NCBI RefSeq assembly: GCF_003918875.1
Contig: NW_025767234.1
Location: forward strand, 558,001-622,000
Direction: 5' to 3'
DNA: 64,000 bases
From: Haliotis rubra
Taxonomy: Eukaryota
Numbering within the stretch: position 1 is the first letter of the stretch; every line of letters begins with the position of its first letter. The translations under genes were made by a program, and so were the position numbers. The notes beneath the pieces were generated by a model. It had not been told where the DNA came from, did not search any database, and saw only the letters and a list, made by a program, of their open reading frames with translations. Of this stretch, positions 1 to 12,750 are shown in pieces.

Positions 1-307
1 TTCACTGGCACAATCGACGACTAGGACACCCTATACCCTATGTTACATGACGCACGTGGCAACTTAAATCTCGAACTCGGGTGTTCGGCCTGACGACCGA
101 ACGCTTTAACCACTAGGCTACATTTAATCATAGTACCTTGGTTTTCCTGAACATACATGGAAGCACGCTTGTTCGTCCGTTTGTAGAATTCAATTCTCCA
201 ACTGATGTCATACATCGCGGCAACCATTTGACAGGCAGATTCGCTAAGCTCATCATCCTGTAGACCAACTGTCTCCCTACATGTATTATGGTTTGAAGAG
301 AAGTATC

Positions 308-520
308 CAACCAACCAATCCCAACACAAACCAACTAATCAACCAACCCCACCAACCAACCCAACCAACCAGCCAACCAACCAACCAACCAACCATCTAA
401 CCCAACCCAACCCAACCAAACCAAACAATCAAACAAACAACTAAACAAACAAACAACTGAACAACCAAACAACCGAACCCAACCCAGCCAACCAACCAAA
501 CCACCCAACCAACAAACCAG
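308..520. repeat. (AACC)n/(AAAC)n microsatellite
   Basis: Imperfect tetranucleotide run. Confidence 0.9.
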
Positions 521-1784
521 CTCTAATAAAACGCAATTGCTTTCCCAGTCAGTGAATCAGTTTACAAACCACACTGCGTTTGAGGCACTGCTAGGTTAAC
601 GCAACGGTATCGTACTTGTTCATGTTCACGTCTTAATAACATTTAAGAGTCACGCTGAAGTGTTGAATAAATGCATACCTTGTTGATCACCTTCGCCTTG
701 CAGTGGAGTTGCTGTAAGGAAGGAAAATATTAGTGGTAATATGTATGTAAGTTGCAGTGGACGAGGTTAGTATCAAAATCACAACTGATGATAATGATGA
801 ATGACACATCAATACGTCTCTGTCACTTTCGCTCTGTCTCCCTGTCACACCCCAACCCCATCCCACACCACTAAAAACAACCATCCTCCTCTCTCCCTTA
901 CCCCAAATATCAATTTGTTTCGTTATAAGTACAACGAGTGAGTTGATATGACAGTGCAACGTTTTTACATCACTATTTCCACGTATTTGTGATTTTTGGA
1001 ATAAAATTTGAACACTTACGTCTTTTTTCAAGAAGGATAGCATCTGGTCCTTCCATGAAGTCGAGGACACCCGGACCTGAGGAAACATATAAAGCTCACG
1101 TGGAAAATGTTCTTGGAATGATTCCTGTCACAAGGGATATAATGCATCTCTGTTTCCTCCACATTGCAGTAGTAGCAGCAGTGTTGATAAGCATGCTGTA
1201 CTTGTCGTCACTACAGCCGCTAGTTACTATCACTATCCACTGGGACTTATGCATCAACTCAGTACTCTCCTTCATCATTTGCTGACCATCACAGTCGCAG
1301 CAGCTGTATACAACAGCAGCTAAACACCGTCGTACATCTTTCACAATCCCTGAATCACGTCCATCACTGATGAGCGCTACGTGATGGATGTATGGTTTTC
1401 TGAGAAACGGTACTTTCCTCTTGTGGAGGGAAATGCCTGGTTTGGGTTTCAACAATGGCTTTCGATTAATCTGTACAAAATCGGATCGGAAGGTTTCTTC
1501 TGAATATCTGTAGTGTGTCATATTCACATACAAACAAACATAATGTGAGAGTTCTTCTTCCTCAAGATTTCATCTGTAAGATATGTCTTGTGTCACACCC
1601 GAGTTTGATACACCCATGACGGTTATGTTGACATATTCCATTACGCATTTAGCTGTACAAAAAGCGGGTAGACGAGCATACAATCCTCAACATGGCGACA
1701 GTCCCAATAATACACCTAAGACGACCTATGTTCGTGTACCTGTATGCAAAGGCTGGCCTATGTACTCTTTGTACTTAGTACATA

Positions 1785-3110
1785 AACTAGTGTCCAAAAG
1801 AAACGCCACCAAAATAAAAATTATCATAAATTGTCAAAATAATTGCCAATCTGCTGAAAAACGGCTGAAAACACAAATCTCGAACACAACCTGTCTATTC
1901 CCAGTGAACAAGTGCATGAGATTTTGATGATTGGTGAGTTAAATGAATTCGCACAGAAAAAAATGGAAATTGTGCACAAAGTTACCCGTATGACATGAGG
2001 GTATAAAACTTGACTAGATTTGTTCTCTCTCATCATGTGACACGATTGAAAGCAGCCAACATGCCACGATTGACCAAAGAACAGAGGGAAAGAGCAATTG
2101 GTATGCTTCAGATGGGCGCAACACAGGAGCACGTGGCCAGGATCCTGGGATGCTGCACGTCCACCATCACCAGACTTGTCACACGTCACACACAGACTGG
2201 CAGTACTGCTGACAGACCCAGGAGTGGCAGACCCAAGGTCACGACCCCTCAGGAAGATCGATATTTACGGGTGCTTCATCTGAGAAACTGCTACCTCACT
2301 GTGACGTCATCAAGCGCCAATAACCTTTGACATGCAGTCAGCAGACAGACCGTAGCAAGGCGACTCCGTCAGCATGGTATTCGTGCCTATCGACCTTTCA
2401 AGAGCATGACGTTAACGCTCCGACACCGACGTGCCAGATTTGACTCGGTGGGCCAGGACCGTAATGCAATGGCAGCAGCGAAACTGGCGAAGGGTGCTCT
2501 TCAGTGACGAGAGCAAGTTCCAGCTCTTCAAATCTGATGGTCGTGTTCGAATCTACCGACGTCGGAGCGAACGGACGGCACCTACTTGCATCCAAGAAGT
2601 GGAGCATTACGGCGGTGAAAGCGTTATGGTCTGGGGCGGAATTTGTGGGGACCAGAAGACAGATCTCGTCATCATCAACGGTAATCTCACCGCACGTCGT
2701 TACATCGATGAGATTTTATTGCCTGTGGTGCTGCCTTACCTGCAACGTCACCCAAGGACTCTGTTTCAACAGGACAACGCCACACCTCACACAGCTCGGA
2801 TCACTAGTGACTTCTTCAACACTAACAACGTCAACCTGCTACAGTGGCCAGCGAGGTCACCCGATCTGTCTCCAATCGAACACCTCTGGGACCAACTGGG
2901 GCAACGTATTCGGAAACGTCAACAGCCGCCATTGACTAGGGACGCTTTGGTAGTTGCCCTGCAAGAGGAATGGCGCCGAATCCCTAACGATGACGTCAGA
3001 AGGCTCACATACTCAGTTCGACACCGCGTTAGAGCCTGCATCCCCGGCAGGGGAAGGCCACACACGATACTGAATCATCTGTGTTGTTCAGGACAGTTTG
3101 AGACCTTACT
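1785..3110 (+). mobile_element. Tc1/mariner DD34E transposon, disrupted, 3' TIR missing
   Basis: ATG 2061 MPRLTKEQRERAIGML, GRPK, FSDES, FQQDNA, SPDLSPIE; in-frame TGA at 2328 and frameshifts; TIR-like start after TA near 1785. Confidence 0.92.
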
Positions 3111-3470
3111 ATGGAATCCTAGAAGGGACATTGTCGCTATGTCGCATTGTCGCGTTGTCAAAAACAAGTAAAGTGAGGCAAAATAAACCAAAACGCGACA
3201 CGCGACATCGCGACAACGCGACATTTCGACCATTTGTCGCATCGTCGCGATGTCGCGTGTCGCGTTTCGCGTTTGAATAATATTTTTCTATTCCTCCAAA
3301 GGGCGACACGCGACATAGCGACAATTTTCAAGGTCAAAATATGTCGCGTTGTCGCGCGTCGCCCTATCTAAGATGTGTAAAAAGAAGGCTAAAAATTCAC
3401 TAAAACGCGACACGCGACATCGCGACAATGCGACAAATGGGCGAAATGTCGCGTTTGAAGGCTTATTTCA
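3110..3470. repeat. CpG-rich module of CGCGACA/TGTCGCG units in alternating orientation (probable end of a non-autonomous DNA element)
   Basis: AAAACGCGACACGCGACATCGCGACAA at about 3190 and 3402, inverted copy at about 3234-3275. Confidence 0.65.
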
Positions 3471-3494
3471 CATTTATATTAACAAATTTTGAAG

Positions 3495-3665
3495 ACTGAC
3501 TGACTGAGTTTGGTTTTAAGCCGCTTTTAGCAATATTCCAGCAATATCACGACGGGGGACACCAGAAATGGGCTTCACTCATTGTACCCATGTGGGGATT
3601 CGAACCCGGGTCTTCGGCGTGCGAGACGAGCCAACGCTTTAACCACTAGAATACTCCACCGCCCC
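3495..3665 (-). mobile_element. tRNA-derived SINE, family 1
   Basis: A/B-box head, GCTGGAATATTGCTAAAAGCGG tail, flanking TTTTGAAGA duplication. Other copies or fragments near 62-121, 11388-11533, 11627-12060, 17318-17475, 31190-31345, 31762-31913, 35372-35650, 36002-36325, 36845-36990, 37595-37733, 40113-40270, 43562-43690. Confidence 0.88.
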
Positions 3666-3774
3666 AAGTTTTGAAGAAGAGGTTTCGGTCTTTCGTGTGA
3701 ACTTATTGTACGGTGTTATGATAAAAGTATGTGCACCTCCACTTATACGTTGGGCTTCCTAGGGATATAGGTAT

Positions 3775-3985
3775 CGTTGACAATGTGTTCATTATGTGCA
3801 TTTAAAGCAGAGATTATTTTTACACTTTGTTCATTATATACATTTAGAAAGAAACTACTTTTTACACTGTGTTCATTTTGTGCATTAACGACGGAGTCAT
3901 ATTTTACACTTTGTTCACCTTGTGGTTTTACAACAATCAGTCTTACACTGTGTACGTTTTGTGCATTTACAACAGAATACACTAT
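3775..3985. repeat. Degenerate minisatellite of about 40-45 bp
   Basis: About five copies of TACACTKTGTTCATTWTGTGCATTWA. Confidence 0.7.
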
Positions 3986-5408
3986 TTACAAATTCCAAAT
4001 ACGATATATACACTAATATGCCTTAGATCCGTGATATATACACNNNNNNNNNNNNNNNNNNNNNNNNNNNNNNNNNNNNNNNNNNNNNNNNNNNNNNNNN
4101 NNNNNNNNNNNNNNNNNNNNNNNNNNNNNNNNNNNNNNNNNNNNNNNNNNNNNNNNNNNNNNNNNNNNNNNNNNNNNNNNNNNNNNNNNNNNNNNNNNNN
4201 NNNNNNNNNNNNNNNNNNNNNNNNNNNNNNNNNNNNNNNNTAAATGTATATACATTCAATGCATGACTAACAAAATCATTCACTGTGAAACCCTTCCTAC
4301 AATCAAAACATTTTTGTACCTACACAGACACCGTGCATACTACGCGTCTATTGTTTAATCATATCGTGAGGTGTCTTGGAATATAGATTATAGGTGGGGT
4401 ATTTCTCGAAGCCGTCCTCGTCTTGTTAATGATATCACGCAAACATTACACATGGATGATCACATTGTTGGTGTGTCCCCCGTACTTGCATAATGATGGT
4501 AGATCAGTTTCAGCTTGAGACATGGTAGATTTAACATTGCTATCATATTGTGATCTGCCGTTCACGATGCATATTGGACCTGAATGGGGGGAATACCTCG
4601 TAACAACATTCAACATCATGAGACCATAGTAGGATATACAGTCGTGTATCTTCACCACGAACGAAGGGCTAAATACAGTAAGTCCTTGTACTTCCATAAT
4701 CAACCACTATTTAGGACACACAAACACATCTGCTAATATCACAGATTGTAGTTATACACTGATGTATTTAATACATTGAATTTACTCGTGAACCACCTTA
4801 CCGAATCAGAAGGGAAGAAATCTCGTCACAATATGGCTGAGATATTGCCAATGTGACGTTAAATCTTAACTCACTCACTCACTGAGAAGGGAAAAATACA
4901 ATTTGTAGTTCTTCTATGTTAAACCATAAGTTTGGACACACAAACACGACTGATGATATCACAGATTGTAGTTATTCATTCGTTTATGTAATCACTGAAG
5001 ATAACATATGGATATTGTATAGCCTGTACGTATATGCTTGTTTATATCAAAGATTGAAGATATACACGTGTCTTCATAATATAGTGTATGTATACACATC
5101 TTTATTCCATAGACGGAGAGTTTAGGTTCATACGTACATATAGCATAGATTGTAGATAAACTTGTGTTTTTGTTTGTATCAGAGACCGAATGTATACACG
5201 TGTTTATAGCATTGAATGTAAGTATATACATGCATATATCAGTGACAGTATTCATATAAATGTATATATCATGGGCTATTTATATGAGTGTATATATCAT
5301 GGAATGTATTCATGTATGTACATATCATGGACTGAAGTTATATACGTGCATGTATCGTGGATTGTAGGTCAAGTGTGTATATCGTACATTGTATGTATAT
5401 GTATGCGT

Positions 5409-5411
<3 letters not shown>

Positions 5412-5454
<43 letters not shown>
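5412..5454. repeat. (CA)n microsatellite
   Basis: Pure CA run. Confidence 0.95.
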
Positions 5455-5456
<2 letters not shown>

Positions 5457-6714
5457 TTATATATCGATGCAAATCACGGATCTAAGGTATATCCGTGTAT
5501 GTACCGTAGATTGTAGCTATACTTATGAAATTATGTGACGATATATTATACTAATTATTTTGTTATTTATTGAAATGTCAGTTGTCTATGTTACCATTAA
5601 GAACAACATGTATCCCATTTTAATCGCATACCCAATAATATGGTCTGGGAACATGTAAGGAATACGCACTTTGTCTACATATCAGTATACAAACGGCGCC
5701 TCGTGTTCGTTGACAAGCACCTGTCAGTCATACCTATTTAATCGTCCCGGGTGAAGGATCAACAGACTTCTTTATATAGGTCAAGAATGATCCCGGACAA
5801 AGATGTTGTCTAAATGCCATGGACGACAGCCGTATTTCACTGAGGCGAGCTGTAAACGTCGGATATCGTTATTTGTAAAGTATGATTCCATACCTCTGTC
5901 TGCCTCTGTAATGTTAGACACATATATGAAACATACTGATAGTTTCAACATGCCATTCCAGCATTTGCTCACAGTGCCTTTTACATTAGCACAGCAAGCG
6001 TAATAATGAGGCAACCTTTGAAGTGCCCGTTACTAGATAACAAGTAGGTAAAGACTGCCTGTTTATACAATAACTTCTCACTACGAACACTTGATCTATA
6101 GCGCAAATACAGCACACATTCTTCAAGCCAGATAAACCGACTCGGGGTGCATTATTATCGGAACACTATCATGCACAAGGGGAAGGGTCAAAAATACTTC
6201 TAGCTGAGGCACAACGACACACGACAGCGGGTTCCCGGGACTGTTAAGGTATGTGTGTTTATTACGCACTGATCTATTTTTTCTAATGTCACAATAGGAC
6301 TTTTAGTCAACATTGAGAATACAAAATGATAGTTGTAAAGGAGAACAATGCGTTAACACGAAAGTTGGGTAAAAGATTTCAATAAGGCAAGCACATAAAC
6401 ATGTCTGTACACATATTGGAATCGCTGCGAGGCTATATATCCATGCAGACAACCACGTATGTCTCAAGAGATCGAGAATTACAGTTAAATAGAGAATTTC
6501 ACCCAAGTGTCTTCTGACAGCAATTATATCAACACGAGTTGATTAAGTTACAAATACCTGAGGCTTGCCGAGGATATTTATACTTTTATCAACGCGTTAT
6601 ATTTGTTATCAGAAGACACGAAGGTGAGATTCTATTTATCATCAAAAATCACTCTTCATTAGTTTTCGATGAAAAATGTACATCTCTGAACACAGTACTG
6701 CCATTAGACTTGCA

Positions 6715-6870
6715 ATCCAGCGATGTCATATCATTGTGACGTCATCAGGTGTATGACGTCATAACATTGTAATGGCATCAGGTTTTTGACGTCATAGCAT
6801 TGTAATCTCATGTAATTGATGATGTCAAAGCATTGTGATCTCATGTAATTGATGATATCAGGGCATTGTA
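6715..6870. repeat. 33-bp degenerate minisatellite
   Basis: About five units containing GAYGTCATARCATTGT. Confidence 0.7.
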
Positions 6871-6967
6871 CAAAATCTACTGTCAAAACGAAATCTCCCG
6901 GGAGTGCAACACAGTTTTGGATGACAAATGCAAATATTTCACTGCAAGATAACACATAATATATATA

Positions 6968-8119
6968 CTCTCTAAACAAAGAAACGCATATAAGAATTTG
7001 AAGTATGTAATTTGTTTCTTTATTATGATACATTGTATTGGTTTTCATAAACAACGAAATGCAATGAAACTTCGCACAGGTAATGTCCCAGTATCGATGT
7101 TTGGTAGGGGCTCCGAAAAAGTCAGATAGAGGATCACACAAAGACGCTTGGTGGCGCTGAAGATAGTACCTAGTGTGACCACCATTGGCGTTCAGACATC
7201 GGCTCGGCATCGAACGAATCAGTCTCTGGATCTGATGTTGCTTGCTGAATTGCAGTCCACTCTGCCTGTAGTACATGGGCAAGTTGTTGAAGGGTCTGCG
7301 GCTGTGGGTGACGCTGTCGTACACGCCTGTCCAGAGTATCCCAAATATGCTTGATCGGGTTTAAATCTGGTGATCTGGAGGGCCATCGCAGCACATTGAT
7401 GTTCTGGTTCATGATGAAATCTCTCGTGAAAATTTCGATTCATCATCAGATTCGACACCAATTAGCCATAGTCCAGACCTGAACGTTGGTGCACCACTGA
7501 ACACGATGTTGTCCATGTAGCTGACGTAGCACAGGGCCAAAGTACGGTCTTCGTGCTCTCGAACCCGCCTCTCGAAGCCTGTTCCTGACAGTCTGTGCGG
7601 ATAATCGTCGTAATCCAGGTATGTGTCTAGCGGTACTGGTGGCTGTAGCTGTACGATGACATAGGTGATGTACCCGGATGTACCGATCTTGGGCTCTAGT
7701 GGTCACTCGGGGGTCGTCCACTTGTAGGTCTGTCTTCGACGGAGGTCTGCTGGTGATATCTGCTCTGGTGTACGTTCATACGACGGGCAACTGCATGCTG
7801 AGTTTGTCCTAATTCCAGAAGCCCTATAGCAATATTTCGATTGGCGCGGCTGAGTCGTGGCATTTTTAATTCTTTAGAAACTCTCAAATAAAGTGACTAA
7901 ACAAAAAACAATGATCGATCTGTGACATTGCATGCACCAACTCAAAATCATGCGGTTACATAAAAGTATTTCATGCCGGATGCGTTTGGATGTGATGTTT
8001 TCAGACAAAAACATCATCGGAACCATAAATAAATTAAACGTGTTTGTAAAATCCTCCCTGTACCAATACACGGATGGATCAAAATTCCAATTTCGTGATG
8101 CGTTTCTTTTGTGAGAGAG
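6968..8119 (-). mobile_element. Tc1/mariner transposon, internally deleted
   Basis: TIRs CTCTCTAAACAAAGAAACGCAT / ATGCGTTTCTTTTGTGAGAGAG with TA on both sides; ATG 7863 MPRLSRANRNIAIGLL; WPSRSPDLNPIKHIW. Confidence 0.92.
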
Positions 8120-8604
8120 TATGAATTAAGCCTACCAATACATTACTGACTCAGTCACACAAACGAACATGACACTTCATCGTGGTCTGATCAAGTAAAT
8201 GTTGCACAATTATGTCACTAAATACAGGTGTATCCCCGTATTTGACAAATTCGAGTTTCTGAAAATAGTAATTTGATCATCATAAAACTGTTTCGAAATT
8301 ATATCATATTTCCACAATTACAGATCAAGTATTGAAGTCAGAGTTTTAAATGATATAGATAAGATGTTATTAGTAAAGAAGAACGCACCTACTATAACCC
8401 CATAATACACCGCTGTGATTGTAACCCAATTAAATAGAATCACAGTCAAGAAACAAACATGTACAGCCCTGTGTAGTGACGGTGTACATCAGGTGTGCAA
8501 GAGTGTGAGTTAAAATTTATTGTCGCATCGCGGCACATCCAGTGTAAGTTCTCATGTTGAGATATTCATTACACGTAAGAGATTATTTGCTTTCAGAACC
8601 AACC

Positions 8605-10601
8605 ATGCAGGGATTGGATCTTGGTGCCGTGCTGCATCTAACAGAGAAGATGACGCCCTTTCTGAAGCTACTCGATTTTAAGGAAGAAGATATAACCGAG
8701 TCCGAACTGATATCTTACCTGGATGAACTACCTTTAATACAGGGTCCACCCTCTGAAGCATCGACAGTTTCCTTAACCCAATCGTCAAATGACAGCGGGC
8801 CTGAGACGGTAGAGTCATTCCTGGAGCATCGCTCTAACTTACATTTTGATGCTACAAATAGTGCCGGAAATACAATACTTCACTGTATCACCTTAGCCCT
8901 AACGGAGAAGCATAATGACACCACGAACATGGTCTTGCTGGATCTGTTTGACAGAGTGGTGTCATTTGCAATATTTATGAAACCTCTTTCTCAAGTCTTT
9001 CAAAGGCATAAACGTGACCGTATTCTTCATTTGACCACTGAAATAAAGAATGAAAAGGAGTTGTCTGTTCTTGAGCAGGCCTTCCATCTTGCAGCGTATC
9101 CTGTTGTAGAAAGGCTGATGATGATGGATGACGTCATGTGTACTGAAAACAAGCATACTTTCGAGCTCCTCTGGCAGTACGACATTACCAACATCACCCC
9201 TCTGACAAATGGGTCTGTATCACGCTGCATGACAACGGAATGTGTGCCAGAACCTTCATGTCTTGAAAGGATGTTAACACATTCAGCAGCCAATGCAGGC
9301 CGTGTCCTGGACATCCCTCCTGTCAGGGCCATCGAGAAGATGTACAATTCTGTAACCACAAAAAATCTATGTCTTCATCACTTTGATGCATATTGTATAC
9401 ATGTCGGTGTTCAGCTATGCCAGTTGTGAGGTCATGGCTAAAGACAGCAATGACACCCAAAGCACCAACACGGATGATGCAAGACAACTTTTCTACATAG
9501 TCAGTCCAATTGAACCAATACTGTTGTCTTTATATTTTTTGTACGATGCGTATGTATGTTTTACTTGTAAAGCAACATGTTGGACAACAATTGACGATGA
9601 CCCAGACTTGAAGATTGTATGTCTCATTGTTAAGGTCACTTGTATATTTTGTTTATTACATTGTGTTCGTATGCCTAGTTTTAGTATTTGTAAGTCAATA
9701 TGGCCTATATGGACCAGAGGGATTGCATACCTTAATGTCAGTGACTTTGTTTTATGGTTGGCTATTAACGTTTGGCTTTGCGAAAGGAATACAAGATATT
9801 CATTTCTTTCTAAGCATTATATTCAAGGATATATTGTACGATGTCTTTAAGACACTTCTGGTATATGTGGTCATCCTGGTGGCTTTTACCCTTGCATTGC
9901 ATTCTCAGTTTCTGAGGTCTGTGGACATTGTTAAGCTATATCGGACACCCATCAATACAATGTTCCTCCTGTTTAATGTTATGATGGGGATGGTGGAAAT
10001 GTGGGATGGAGACTTGGAGAAACACCTGGAACAGGCGGGGGCGGAACCTATTTTCAGCAAACTGCTGTACATTGGCTATATAGTCATTGTGACCATCATG
10101 CTGTTGAACCTTCTGATAGCCATGATGAACAGGTCCTACTCCCGTTTCCATTTTGAACACCCGGTGGCCTGGAGGGTTGAGGCCATCCAGATGGGAATAG
10201 ACATTGAGAGATCGCTTCCATGGTTGTCTAGAATCTTGGGGACACGTCACATTCATAACGGTAATATCTTCGACAAAACGAAAGAAGAAAGCTCGTCGTG
10301 GTACATTGAGATTAAATTTAAAGAAGAGGATGATATTAGCAGTGGTAGTAAACATCCTGAAAAGGAAATGACATTGCGACAAATGGATGAAAAACTGACA
10401 TCCATAGAGAAATTGATTGCTGGTTCGAAAAAAGCAGAAGTGGAACGAACTGACCAGTCTACACAAACACCACCTCTCTCAAAAGGTGAAGAGGCATATT
10501 ATCTAAGTCCAAGGTTTCGGGTCTCGAATGCTTGGGTTACGGAATCTGGATCAAACAAAACAAACAATTTCGAACTTGTCAATGATGAGGTGATTTCTTG
10601 A
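8605..10601 (+). CDS. TRPV-family cation channel, about 664 aa after correcting two +1 frameshifts; coding region in one exon
   Basis: Ankyrin-like NSAGNTILHCI and KNEKELSVLEQA; hydrophobic TM segments; S6 IMLLNLLIAMMNRSY; TRP box WRVEAIQMGIDIERSLP; acceptor TTTCAG at 8596; AATAAA at 11244; frameshifts at 9360-9365 and about 9611-9614. Confidence 0.85.
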
Positions 10602-11674
10602 AGAACTCTTCCAGCGACCATCCTCTGCTGCTACCTTATGATGGAGATAAATGATAAATTCGGTCTTTAGTGGTTTTTTATTCTGTTATCCAAGCTATTT
10701 TATATTTTGTAAAGAAGTTCGTTGTATATAATATGTTTGTTTGTTTTTAGTTTTTTATATATATTTTTTTGCTGTTTGTTATTATGTTTCTTCTTAAATC
10801 ATCTGAATATGGACAAGATTATAAACTATCTAGCAGAGACGTACGGAAGACTGTCTGTTATGGTACGACGTAGTTCTTTTTTTACGCGCCACGCGATGGC
10901 AATTATAGTACACCATAGTCTGTGGACCAGTTATTCATTAATGATGAATTGTTTAGACTGTTTTCACGATCAGACCGACACACTCATTCAAAGAGAGCAG
11001 TAATTTGGAGAAAGCTTTATCAGCAAATTGACCTGTTTGTCTTGGGGGTGACACATGTGAGGATCAGACAAAAGAAGGAAAACTCAGATATGTATTGTGG
11101 ATGTTTCGTGCTGCATGTTCGTGACATCGGACGAATAGGGTGGACTCTGCCTTCAGAAGAGGCTTGTTGTGATAGTGTTGACATGTCTTGCCACTTTCAT
11201 GTGTTTGTACAATCGTTGAATTTATTAGCGTGTGTAGTTTGTAAATAAACACACATTTTATACAGATTTCAAACTATATTGTGAAAGTGATGTTTCCTCT
11301 CTGCATGGCAGTAATACTATAGACGTTTTAAAAAGAAATGATTCACTTGCACTGGTTTACGTGAAGGAAATAGTGTGTACTTCAAATGAGTGTCTGAGTG
11401 TGGTTTTACGCCAATTTTAGCAATATTCCAGCAACATCACGGCGTGGGAGACGTCGTACCCATGTGGGGAATCGAACCCGGGCCTTCTGAGTAACGAGCG
11501 AACGCTTTAAGCACTGGGCTACCCAACCTCCCCTTGTGTATTACAAGATACATATGTATACAATACTAATGGATAGGTTCACTATTCGTTTTCGCACCAG
11601 AATAAACCAAACTAGAGTACACTGTGAAGGGTGATAGGGTAGTGGAGTGGTTAAAACGTCTGCCCATCGAGTGA

Positions 11675-11967
11675 GGTGAGGTGAGGTGAAATTGGGTCTA
11701 AAGTCGTGCTTGAGAATATTTCGCTCATATGACGACGTGCATGCGTGTGTATGTGTATGTGCGGCTGCTTGTACTAGCCCAGACTGAAGCTGGTTTTATA
11801 GTGCTAGCTCACTGAGATACCACGCCGCAGTGAAGCATGAATACTCCACTCAGACACATTATACTGACTCCGAGCCGACCAGTCCTTTGTTGTACCCATT
11901 AATGCCGAGCGCCAGGCAGGGACCAAGAAGTATCATATTTTAACGTCTTTTGGTATGACGCGGTCGG
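11675..11967 (-). mobile_element. 5'-truncated SINE family 3 (Meta-domain-like) nested in a family-1 SINE
   Basis: Near-identical to the body of 39451-39807; 13-bp TSD GCCCATCGAGTGA at 11662-11674 and 11968-11980. Confidence 0.85.
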
Positions 11968-12069
11968 GCCCATCGAGTGAAACAAACGGGTTCGAGTCTC
12001 CATACTACTTCAGCGTATAGCCACTGGCGGAATATTGCAAAGTCTGTTCAAAACACACTGGTACACTGG

Positions 12070-12106
<37 letters not shown>

Positions 12107-12130
12107 ACGCACGCACGCACGCACGCACAC
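12070..12130. repeat. (CA)n(CACG)n microsatellite
   Basis: Direct reading. Confidence 0.9.
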
Positions 12131-12605
12131 TTCCCATCGTAAAATCATCCAGATGTTAAAGACATAAACACAAACATACATCAATAAAAACAAAGTATAT
12201 AATTATTATGAAAAAAATCCATACAAACAGACATGCATGTGGTATAGCAACTTAGACGACAGTTGTGTGCGTGCTAGTGTCTCAATAGTTGCCCTCCAGT
12301 TTCATTGAGCCTGAAGCCCATGGCGAAGGAGTATGGAGCACGTGCCAGTTGCTACGTTGGGTAGTCTTTCCTTCAGGAAACTCCCCAGAACAGCCCCAAA
12401 TAGTGGGAAATACATGGATGTGGCTGAAACACGGGTAATTGCCATGCAATGTTTCCAATTAAAAACACAAGAATTATCGTACAGCATGTTGGTGTTTATT
12501 CACCATGTACACACTGTAACATTTGTCAGTATGACTCACAATGAATTCTTCACAAAGGGAAATATATGAGTGCAGCGATCCGAGTGTTTTGTGGCAGTAA
12601 TAGCA

Positions 12606-12750
12606 ATGGTATGGCATGGTATGGTATGGTATGGTATGGCATGGTATGGCATGGTATGGCATGGCATGGCATGGTATGGTATGGTATGGTATGGTATGGT
12701 ATGGCGTGGTACGGCGTGGTGTGGTGTGGCGTGGCGTGACATGGTATGAT
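12606..12750. repeat. (ATGGY)n pentanucleotide microsatellite
   Basis: ATGGT/ATGGC/GTGGY units. Confidence 0.92.

Larger units (their letters stand above)
137..6014 (-). pseudogene. Degenerate multi-exon gene with TIR-like domain(s); candidate coding blocks about 6014-5730, 4703-4320, 1738-1020, 334-137
   Basis: ORF 1533-1096 reads HHVALISDGRD..VRRCL..YSCC..LMHKSQWIVIVTS..RCIISLV, a TIR-like beta/alpha pattern. Removing one base at the A4 run 1104-1107 continues it as FPRELYMFPQVRVSSTSWKDQMLSFLKKD, ending at a GTAAGT donor near 1019. Other blocks end at AG|GT donors but contain stops. Confidence 0.4.
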
